A stretch of DNA of 64,000 bases from Chloroflexota bacterium (GTDB lineage Bacteria > Chloroflexota > Anaerolineae > UBA4142): the NCBI GenBank assembly GCA_023489485.1, contig JAMDCU010000131.1, forward strand, positions 24,862 through 88,861, read 5' to 3'. Both the position numbers and the translations under genes were made by a program. The notes beneath the pieces are model-generated. The model did no database searches. It was given only the letters and a program-made list of their open reading frames with translations, and was not told where the DNA came from. Every line of letters begins with the position of its first letter. Within the stretch, counting starts at the first letter, position 1. Shown piece after piece: positions 9,626 to 17,331 of this stretch.

Positions 9626-11701
9626 ATGACCACGACACCGAAATCGAAGAGGCTGGCGCTCACTACCGGTCAAATTAATCTGCTCAAAGCGCTTCGGGAT
9701 CACCCGTTCCTCTCGCGCCGGCAGCTAGAGCTGTACCTGTACATTAATCTGCGGACGATTCGCCTATACGCCCAGGACTTGAAAGAGCGCGGTTGGATAC
9801 AGCGCCACAACGCGAGCCAGCCATGGATGAATACTCGCTCCCTCTTTTCACTCACACCCAAAGGGATTGAAGAAGTCGCCCGGAGGTCAGGCCTGTCCGC
9901 TGATGACTTGATTCGCCAGGCGGGGCTCTCCATGCCGCGCCTGGAACGCCTCATTGTCATGATGGAACGAGCCTTCCAGGTACGCACGTTTCTTTTGTGG
10001 CTGCAACAAACGAAGCCCGGATGGGAGTGGTCCATTACTCACTGGGATGTGGAGGTGGGCAAGCTATTCGAGGCAAAGGGCAAAGCCTTCCAAGTCCCTT
10101 TTCATGGGGCGGCGATCATGAGACGCCCGGATGGGCGCTGGACTCCCATCGTCGTCGAGTGGGACTTGAGGCGTGTCCCCATCGAAAAGGATCGCGAGCA
10201 CATTGTTCAGCTCGTCGTGGCGCAGGATGATGCCCGCTACTGGGAACGCGGCCGCGAGGATTCCTTTCCGGTCTGGGTGCTCGTTGCCCAGGACGAACTG
10301 CGGCTTCAGGACTATTACTCGATCCTGCGAGCCGCCTCCGTGGCGCGGCAGCTACCGCTCCCCCATGCGTACCTCACGACCTTTCGAGAGTTCCTCACGC
10401 TGCGTGACAATCCCGCCACGCCCATCTGGTACTCGACAATGTCCGGCCAGCGCATGCCCCTTCTGTACGGCGTTGAGGGGACGACGCTGCCCCTACCTGA
10501 CCAGCCGCCTTGGATGAGGCTGACCTTGGATGCTCAGCGCCCGGGCAAAAAGAGCGGGGCAATGACGCCAGAAATCCTAGCGGGGCTTGCGCAAGGTTCA
10601 AAGCAAAAGCCAACTACTGAGATGCTCAAAAGTCCGGTCGCGGCGGCTCTCGTGCTCAAGCCACGCGAGAAACGCATCCTCGATGAGGTCGCATCTCATC
10701 CGCTGCTCTCTGCGAATGAAATGGCGTCGCTCTTGCACCTTTCAACCAAGAGGAGTCGCTTGGGGGCCCAAAAGCTGGTCAATCTGGAGCTCGTGGAAGA
10801 GCACTCCATTTCCGACCAGGAAACCCAGGAAGCTGTTGCCTTGAACTCTGTTGATACTTGCGCCGGCGTTGCGCGAGCCGCGATTCCAGAACCCCGCTTC
10901 CTACTGGCTCAGAAAGGAATGCATTACCTCGCCATGGTGGCAGGATTTGGCAATGGCGTGCGCCGGTATGCCAAGGCGAGAGGATGGGCTGATGGCTTTG
11001 ACAAGCTTTTACGATATCGGGAGCACACGCACGCAGAAAACGCCTTCTTCATTGGTCTCGCTCGAATCGCAGAAAAACGCGGACACGAACTCACCTGGCT
11101 TTCCGAACTCGAAAGTCGATTGTATTACAGTGAAGGGAACGACTACAGTGCCCACCTGCCGCGCCGTAGAGCGAAACGCGAGACCGGATCCGGCGAATCA
11201 TCAGCAAGCAAAAGCAGTCGATCGGACCAAAGCCGCGTGTGGCGCCACAGTTTCCTCCCGGATGGGCGCGGCACCTATGGCGCCGACGGCAAGCGCTATG
11301 ACTTCGCATTGGAGATCGACCGGAGTCGCATGGCCGAGGCGAAGATTCGCCGAAAGCTGACAGAGTATTATGCGTGTCTTACGGGGAATGTCCTGCGCGG
11401 ACGGGGTATCGAATTCCTGCGTCTTCTGATGGTCACAAACAGCTGGGAGCGAGCAGAAACGCTGCGCAAGGTCGCGCTCGATCTGGACGCGGCGTTCCAG
11501 GGGGAAGGCATCCTAAGTGTCTTCATCACGACCTTTGATCGCTTGCGGGCAAGTGGAGCCGATTCGCCTATCTGGCTTCGCGTCGACCCAGGTCAACAAG
11601 TGGGCTCGGCGCTCACACTGCCCAAGACCTATTGCTTTGAGTGCTTCATCCCAAAACCGCAAGTCCCGCGCGAGCCCGGCCGGGTGACATACCTCGGATA
11701 G
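9626..11701 (+). CDS. Replication-relaxation family-like protein with two wHTH-like modules
   Basis: 'LTTGQINLLKALRDHPFLSRRQLELYL' and a second 'REKRILDEVASHPLLSANEMASLLHLS' fit the N-terminal wHTH pattern of replication-relaxation (PF13814-type) proteins. Sits directly after the coupling protein. Confidence 0.55.
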   Translation: MTTTPKSKRLALTTGQINLLKALRDHPFLSRRQLELYLYINLRTIRLYAQDLKERGWIQRHNASQPWMNTRSLFSLTPKGIEEVARRSGLSADDLIRQAGLSMPRLERLIVMMERAFQVRTFLLWLQQTKPGWEWSITHWDVEVGKLFEAKGKAFQVPFHGAAIMRRPDGRWTPIVVEWDLRRVPIEKDREHIVQLVVAQDDARYWERGREDSFPVWVLVAQDELRLQDYYSILRAASVARQLPLPHAYLTTFREFLTLRDNPATPIWYSTMSGQRMPLLYGVEGTTLPLPDQPPWMRLTLDAQRPGKKSGAMTPEILAGLAQGSKQKPTTEMLKSPVAAALVLKPREKRILDEVASHPLLSANEMASLLHLSTKRSRLGAQKLVNLELVEEHSISDQETQEAVALNSVDTCAGVARAAIPEPRFLLAQKGMHYLAMVAGFGNGVRRYAKARGWADGFDKLLRYREHTHAENAFFIGLARIAEKRGHELTWLSELESRLYYSEGNDYSAHLPRRRAKRETGSGESSASKSSRSDQSRVWRHSFLPDGRGTYGADGKRYDFALEIDRSRMAEAKIRRKLTEYYACLTGNVLRGRGIEFLRLLMVTNSWERAETLRKVALDLDAAFQGEGILSVFITTFDRLRASGADSPIWLRVDPGQQVGSALTLPKTYCFECFIPKPQVPREPGRVTYLG

Positions 11702-11713
11702 GGACAGGCCAAG

Positions 11714-11905
11714 ATGCAGCAACTCGTCATTCTGTGGGCCATCTTCGTCGGACCCATCTATGTGGTCCTACTGCTTGCCCTCTTAGCCGGTCGCCGTTTT
11801 TTTCCAGAGGCGCAGGTGCTCTACGAACTGGCAGAGCCCATCCTGATGGTGCTCGCAGCGGCGTTTGCACTGGCGTTAGCCGGCGTGCTCGCCCAGCTAG
11901 TCTGA
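11714..11905 (+). CDS. Small membrane protein
   Basis: 63 aa, almost entirely two hydrophobic helices. 12-nt gap after the preceding gene. Confidence 0.4.
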   Translation: MQQLVILWAIFVGPIYVVLLLALLAGRRFFPEAQVLYELAEPILMVLAAAFALALAGVLAQLV

Positions 11906-11911
11906 TTAGCT

Positions 11912-12943
11912 TTGGCTCGCGTGATCCAGATCATATCTCTCATTGGAGTAGAAATGACAGAACCACAAATGACCGCAATCGCTATTCCCGTGCACCAGGT
12001 ACGTCCCGACCCCGAGCAGCCGCGTCATTTGCTTCCTCCTGACCTGACGCAGGCACTTGCAGAAAGGGCGAGCCCGCAGGAAATCCTCGACCAGTTCCGC
12101 GAGAGAGCGAAGCGTGATAAGTGGATTCGCGAACGGCTCACCGAATTGGACAGCCTTGCTGACTCCATCGCTGCCGATGGACTGATTCAACCAATTCGCG
12201 TCTTTCAGGATGCCGAGGATCGATACCGCATCGAGTCGGGTGAACGCCGCTGGTGGGCACACCAAATCCTCGTAGGGCGAGGAGATGCCCGTTTTGAAAC
12301 GATCTCCACATTTATCATTCCGCATATCGTGGAAGATACGGCGGTCCTCAGGCGTCGTGTGGCCGAGAACCTGTTCCGCTCGGATTTCACTGCAATTGAA
12401 ATGGCTCGGGCTATGGCGACCCGGAAAGAGGAGATTGCGGCCGCCGAACCTCGTCTATCGCGTCGGGAAGTTGAAAAGAGAGTAGGCAAGGAAAATGGCA
12501 TGTCGGACCGGCGCGTGCGGCAATTCCTCGCGCTGTTGAAACTGCAGCCGGACGTTCAGCAGATGGCGCAGCAGGCGCGACTCGGAGAGAGTCAGTTGCG
12601 AACTCTGGTCGGAATCAAAGACCCCGTTCGCCAAGTGGCGTCAGTGCAGGCAATTATTCATCCGGCGCAGGTAGAGGCTCATCACTCGGAGATCCCAAGT
12701 ATCAAAAGACACACTGAGAAGACACGGCCTAAGGGTAACCGTCGTGCGAGGCCGCGGGGAAGGCGAAAACCTCTCAATATCTCACGTCTGATTATCTGGG
12801 CAAAGAGCCTACAGCCTAGAAACAATGATAGGGTCGTGCGAGAGTTGAAACGGCATGTTGCGAAAGACGCATCGGAGCGCGATGCGATCTCTTGCTTGCG
12901 CGAGGTCCTGAATCGCGGACTGTCTGGAACGTCCGATTCATGA
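11912..12943 (+). CDS. parB: ParB/Spo0J-like partition or nuclease-domain protein
   Basis: 'GLIQPIRVF...YRIESGERRWWA' is the ParB N-terminal box with a GERRxRA-like motif. An HTH-like segment and a basic tail follow. The true start may be ATG at 11954. Confidence 0.85.
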   Translation: MARVIQIISLIGVEMTEPQMTAIAIPVHQVRPDPEQPRHLLPPDLTQALAERASPQEILDQFRERAKRDKWIRERLTELDSLADSIAADGLIQPIRVFQDAEDRYRIESGERRWWAHQILVGRGDARFETISTFIIPHIVEDTAVLRRRVAENLFRSDFTAIEMARAMATRKEEIAAAEPRLSRREVEKRVGKENGMSDRRVRQFLALLKLQPDVQQMAQQARLGESQLRTLVGIKDPVRQVASVQAIIHPAQVEAHHSEIPSIKRHTEKTRPKGNRRARPRGRRKPLNISRLIIWAKSLQPRNNDRVVRELKRHVAKDASERDAISCLREVLNRGLSGTSDS

Positions 12944-13899
12944 GCGTCCGTCTTGTTCTGCCCGCTGGTCTGGAATTCCCACGCACCCTACTTGATGTCA
13001 GTATCGAATTTGATACTCACATCAAATCGGGGCGTGTCGCCGGCTACAAGCCCATCCTCACAGGGTTTGAACCGCTAGATAGCTACCTTGGAGGTGGACT
13101 CGTTCCCGAAAGCCTCATCCTCATTGGCGGTCCGCCGGGCGTGGGCAAGACCGTCTTTATTCTGCAAGTAGCGCGCAACATCGCAGCAGCCGCAAGAGAT
13201 AACAAGACTGCTGCGTGTGTCGTTTGCTTTGAACATGGCGAGGTGTATCTATACCATCGCCTTTTGTGCATGGAAAGCTCGCTGAGCAGCAGTAATGGCT
13301 TAACCATCGAAGATATACGTCGCGCTGCCCTTACGCAAGGAATGGGAGAGCCGGGATTGGAGACTCTGCTGACAACGCTCAGCTCGGCAAGGGATGCCTG
13401 GTCGCGTATTACGAAGTATTGGGAGCGGCTGTTCCTGACCAAAGGTCATCCGGTCAGGACGACGCTCAATGTCATAGATACATATCTGACACACCTTCGC
13501 AGTCAATTCGAGTCGGTTGTTCTGTTTGTGGACTATCTCCAGAAGGTGCCAGTTCTCTCCACAAACGCTGACCTCACAACTGAAAAGCAGATGCGCACCG
13601 TGACGGAGGGATTGAAGAACCTGGCACTGTCACACCATGTTCCAATCGTGGCGGTTGCCGCAGCGAGTGCAGAAGGGTTGAAGGGCGGCCGTGTGCGCTT
13701 TGAGGATTTGTGGGGTGGGTCGAGCGTGAACTACGAGCCAGATGTTGCTGTGATGCTAAATCCCGCGCCTAATCCGGGAATAGGATGTGAGACTGTGATA
13801 ACCTTTTCCGTTGAGAAGAACCGACTTGGCCCCGTGGGAATCGTGACCAACTCCATCCTACGAGGTCGGCACTTCGCGTTCGATACACTGATTTCATGA
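12940..13899 (+). CDS. DnaB C-terminal-domain-like (RecA-fold) ATPase
   Basis: 'TGFEPLDSYLGGGLVPESLILIGGPPGVGKTVFILQVA' (Walker A), 'VVLFVDYLQKV' (Walker B) and 'LKNLALSHHVPIVAVAA'. No DnaB N-terminal domain. ATGA start/stop overlap with parB. Confidence 0.75.
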   Translation: MSVRLVLPAGLEFPRTLLDVSIEFDTHIKSGRVAGYKPILTGFEPLDSYLGGGLVPESLILIGGPPGVGKTVFILQVARNIAAAARDNKTAACVVCFEHGEVYLYHRLLCMESSLSSSNGLTIEDIRRAALTQGMGEPGLETLLTTLSSARDAWSRITKYWERLFLTKGHPVRTTLNVIDTYLTHLRSQFESVVLFVDYLQKVPVLSTNADLTTEKQMRTVTEGLKNLALSHHVPIVAVAAASAEGLKGGRVRFEDLWGGSSVNYEPDVAVMLNPAPNPGIGCETVITFSVEKNRLGPVGIVTNSILRGRHFAFDTLIS

Positions 13900-14293
13900 T
13901 GAACTATCACGACGATGGCGCATCCAGAGACTTTGCATGTTCGTGGCATGTCAGCGAAGACTCTTCTTTGTTAGTGCCCACCCCCTGGTGGAGACTACTG
14001 CCCCATACCCGCCTCAAAGGGAGTTTCGCCATAGCACGCGAAATCACCGGTAGCAGGAAAACGCCTATTTCTGTTAGGGCGGCAAAACACAAACGACGGC
14101 AGCTGTTGAATTTCTTCTAGCGCGGTCAAAACAACAATCGCAGTGCCTACAATGGGGGCGGAACATTGGTGGAATCTCCCAGACTGCGAGGACTCGCAAT
14201 GGGATACGCACAGCTGCATCTGCGCCAGCGACCGCACCCGCCTGACGAGAAGTTGCTGAGGATACTGGCACAATCGAAGTTCCACACCAGTTC

Positions 14294-15328
14294 CTAGATG
14301 GTTAAAATACGACAGGGGTTTTCCACTAACATCTTTCTTAATTCACTATCTGCAACCCCGCGAGCCTTCAATTGCGGTACGATACCCGATAACACATGGC
14401 TGTACCCTTTTCCACCATAGCGGATCAAGGATATCTTGTAGCAGATGTCTTGAGAAATGAGCAATCGATCACAATACCCTTTTTCCAAGAGGGAGATCAG
14501 AACACGAATTCTGTCTGAATCTTTAGGTTCTTCAACTCCGTCGTAAGTGAATTCGGAGCCGAAAGTATCAAAACTGAGATAGACGCCGCGGGCCGCGACC
14601 TGGGTGTGCCACTCAGGATCCATGACTTCATCCATGTGGCTCATTATTGTACGGTCCAGGTCCGCTCCCGCAGCCTCAAGGATATTCAGAACTTCCAGGT
14701 GGCCGCGCCCCCAGACGTCCGGGTGGATATTTATCGCAGCTCCAGTCCGGTTCTGCGCCTTTGCGGCGGCAACCAATGACTCCCTCTCGAACGGGTGAAG
14801 AGGGTCCGAGGTACCCACCTCTCCGATTATCCCCGCTCTCACATCAGTCTGGCCAATCCCTTCTTGTAAGCACTTGACAATCTCCTCCGAAAGCTCGGAT
14901 GAATCCTTTATAAGTACGGCCGGCGTCTGAGCAATGTGTCGATAGTATCCGCATCCCGCAACAATATGCACATTGCTCTTTTGAGAAATGCGCCGCAATT
15001 TCGACGGGTCAGGACCCAGTCCTATATCGGTCATATCGACCAACGCGTTACCGCCTGTCTGCTTGAATAGCTTCAACTCACCAGTGGCAGTATCTTCGTC
15101 ATCAAGGACAAGATTCAATAGCGAGTACTGTGGATTGCCTCGGAGGATCGGCACCAACTCGGTGGTAACTTCGGCATTGGCCAATTTCGAATTCTGCGGC
15201 GGAGGCACTATCCAAGCACACCGGAAGTCGATAAGGACGTGCTCATGTGAGAGCGTAACTCCAAGCTGATCAGGTGCAATTGGCCCATTCACGGTTTGAA
15301 CGTACATGTAATCCCTTCCTCTCGCCAA
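14294..15328 (-). CDS. Phosphotriesterase-related (PTER/Php) amidohydrolase-fold hydrolase
   Basis: 'GVTLSHEHVLIDF', 'AGIIGEVGTS', 'INIHPD', 'MSHMDE' and 'LISQDI' follow the metal-ligand pattern and colinearity of E. coli Php/PTE family proteins. Confidence 0.9.
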   Translation of the reverse strand: MARGRDYMYVQTVNGPIAPDQLGVTLSHEHVLIDFRCAWIVPPPQNSKLANAEVTTELVPILRGNPQYSLLNLVLDDEDTATGELKLFKQTGGNALVDMTDIGLGPDPSKLRRISQKSNVHIVAGCGYYRHIAQTPAVLIKDSSELSEEIVKCLQEGIGQTDVRAGIIGEVGTSDPLHPFERESLVAAAKAQNRTGAAINIHPDVWGRGHLEVLNILEAAGADLDRTIMSHMDEVMDPEWHTQVAARGVYLSFDTFGSEFTYDGVEEPKDSDRIRVLISLLEKGYCDRLLISQDICYKISLIRYGGKGYSHVLSGIVPQLKARGVADSELRKMLVENPCRILTI

Positions 15329-15338
15329 CTTTCGCTAA

Positions 15339-15722
15339 TCAGGGCAAGAGCAGAGCAAGCCCGAACACAGCAGAGCAGAAGGCTGCAGCGAAGTACAAAG
15401 CTAGCCTACGTATTCTAGCAAGCACCAAACGCTCCCAAATCTTTTGTTCATCCATGAACTCCGGAGATTGTACGATGGAGAGTCTGTTGATTGTTTCCAG
15501 GTTCCAGGCCATGGCAGACCAAATTATCCCTGAGAGAAACGAGAACATGGCAGATAACAACAGGAATCTCCATCGATTTGGAGCGCTATCAGCGGCAAAA
15601 ATGCCTGTGTACAAATTTACTGATGCCGAAATGAACACACCGCCGAGGAAAGCATAGTAGTTCGGGCTGAGACTTAGGACCTTCAGGAAGAGGCGCTTCC
15701 CGATGAAACCCCTACCATCCAT
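15339..15722 (-). CDS. Small membrane protein with three predicted TM helices
   Basis: ATG at 15722 gives 127 aa with three hydrophobic segments. It overlaps the upstream stop by 11 nt. The track ORF extends to 15797. Confidence 0.5.
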   Translation of the reverse strand: MDGRGFIGKRLFLKVLSLSPNYYAFLGGVFISASVNLYTGIFAADSAPNRWRFLLLSAMFSFLSGIIWSAMAWNLETINRLSIVQSPEFMDEQKIWERLVLARIRRLALYFAAAFCSAVFGLALLLP

Positions 15723-16881
15723 CTTCCCACTCCGCCTCGATCGAATCCAGTTCTTCCATAGTAGTAGCGACAAGTATTCGCGACCGGAGTTCCGCATGTC
15801 GCGCCTTGGAGGACTCTCGCTTTTTAGTCAGAACATCTCTGTCAGGATTAGTCAGTTCGTCTGCTTCCTTAAAGTCACCTTCCCGGCGTAATTTCGCCCG
15901 ATAAGATTCCAGCGCCCGAAGATCTTCACTGATCTCGTCAACCCTGGTGTCGAGCTTTTCCCTCAGCAGTGAAAACATTGACTGTTTGCGTTCCTGTAGT
16001 TCCGACGTACTTGATTCGCATGGTGCCAGTATTCTTCGGACAAGCTGTCGCAACTCTGGTATGTTATCCTCACCTTTGGACAACAGCTCACTAATCTGGT
16101 ATCCCTCAAACAGTACCGTTTTGACCGGCCCGTGTATTGGATGACCCGTCATTAGGACCCTGGGCAAAGACGGATGATGATCGCGAATGAACTCGAGAAT
16201 CTCTTGTCCCGATGCCTCATTGAATTCCGTCAAATGCAGATTTACCAAGACGAGATCGTATGCGGAGGCGTTTTCTAGTTTCGTTATGGCGTCGGTAGAC
16301 GTTGGAACATCTTCCACATCGCAGTCTCCTAAAACGGCCCTTACTATTCTGACCCACGACTGGTCATCTTCCACAAAAAGAACTCTGGATCTCTTCTTGG
16401 TCCTCTTCATTTCCACTAGGCCTTCGACAAGCTGCCTGAGGCGAGATTCCACTTCCTCGGGTTTCGACATGTCAATGCAGGATATGGTGCGCAGATCAAC
16501 AGGTAGCTCCGTTTCTGAAAGCAAGATTGCCTTGACATAGAGACGCTGCGCGGCTGGATCCAACGTCTTCGAAAGCATTACGGCAAAATCAGCCCATCTT
16601 GTCTTTACGTACTCCGGGGTTACAATGAGCAGGATCGTATGGCTATTCAGGATCGCACGCGCTGTTTCGCCAGCGTGCGAGACCTCTCTTCCGTGGTCCG
16701 GTTCGTCCAAATACGCAATAATCCGCTCAGACGCAAGCCTGGGAATAAGCCAGCCTTTTGCCCATTCAACCTCATCTCGAGAGCAACTCACCAGCACATC
16801 AAAGCCACCCCCGCTCCGTTGCTCCATGCATCCTCCACTTAGGAACGCTGCCTTGCCAATGGAACGTCCGAGTCTTCGCAC
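15712..16881 (-). CDS. TIR-like domain fused to a pseudo-receiver domain and a C-terminal coiled coil
   Basis: 'FDVLVSCSRDEVEWAKGWLIPRL...ILLIVTPEYVKTRWADF' is TIR-like. 'RVLFVEDD...YDLVLVNLHL...RVLMTGHP...LSKG' is a receiver fold with Asn (codon 16242-16240) at the phospho-acceptor position. The tail is charged and helical. ATG at 16827 is an alternative start. Confidence 0.75.
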   Translation of the reverse strand: MRRLGRSIGKAAFLSGGCMEQRSGGGFDVLVSCSRDEVEWAKGWLIPRLASERIIAYLDEPDHGREVSHAGETARAILNSHTILLIVTPEYVKTRWADFAVMLSKTLDPAAQRLYVKAILLSETELPVDLRTISCIDMSKPEEVESRLRQLVEGLVEMKRTKKRSRVLFVEDDQSWVRIVRAVLGDCDVEDVPTSTDAITKLENASAYDLVLVNLHLTEFNEASGQEILEFIRDHHPSLPRVLMTGHPIHGPVKTVLFEGYQISELLSKGEDNIPELRQLVRRILAPCESSTSELQERKQSMFSLLREKLDTRVDEISEDLRALESYRAKLRREGDFKEADELTNPDRDVLTKKRESSKARHAELRSRILVATTMEELDSIEAEWEDGW

Positions 16882-16909
16882 GGCGCACTCTTAGCGTGCA
16901 TCGGATATG

Positions 16910-17317
16910 TTAGTTTTCCGGCTTGGGCCGCTTGGACCGAGCAACAAGCCTCTCAATCATTTGTCGGAAGGCGGCATTCTCGAATGGCTTTGAGACCAAT
17001 TCATAGGGCTCGCATCCAACGAGTGCCTCGTCCCTTAGGCTTTTCCGATGACCCGTCAAAATGACAACGCTCGCGTCTTGTCTTCTTTCCCTAACCCTGC
17101 GCAGCACGTATATACCATCCACATTGCTGGGATCTTCATCTCTCAATCGCACATCTAGAATAGCGACATCAAACTCGAAGCATTCAATAGCTTCGAGAGC
17201 CTCTTCGTACGTTGCGGCTACTCTGACTTCGTAGCCACGCAGTACTTGAGGGATCAGCCTGCGCCAGTAGGAAATATCATCAACGACAAGGATTCGCCCT
17301 GTTGCCTCCCTAGACAC
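16910..17317 (-). CDS. Single-domain CheY-like response regulator receiver
   Basis: 'RILVVDD', 'FDVAILDVRL' (acceptor Asp present), 'VILTGH' and 'VSKPF'. No output domain. Confidence 0.9.
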   Translation of the reverse strand: MSREATGRILVVDDISYWRRLIPQVLRGYEVRVAATYEEALEAIECFEFDVAILDVRLRDEDPSNVDGIYVLRRVRERRQDASVVILTGHRKSLRDEALVGCEPYELVSKPFENAAFRQMIERLVARSKRPKPEN

Positions 17318-17331
17318 TAGATCCTCCTTCC

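Larger units (their letters stand above)
1..13899. mobile_element. Conjugative transfer plus partition module of a plasmid or ICE (element ends not in window)
   Basis: Co-directional genes with PrgI-like, VirB4-like, M23 peptidase, VirD4/TraD-like, replication-relaxation-like and ParB motifs. No integrase, transposase or att site seen. Confidence 0.7.

Noticed and set aside
13896-14120. 74-aa + strand ORF whose ATG overlaps the DnaB-like stop as ATGA
   Set aside because: Despite the overlap, the translation is Trp/Arg/Ser-rich with no structure-like pattern, and it lies at the backbone/cargo junction. It is probably spurious.
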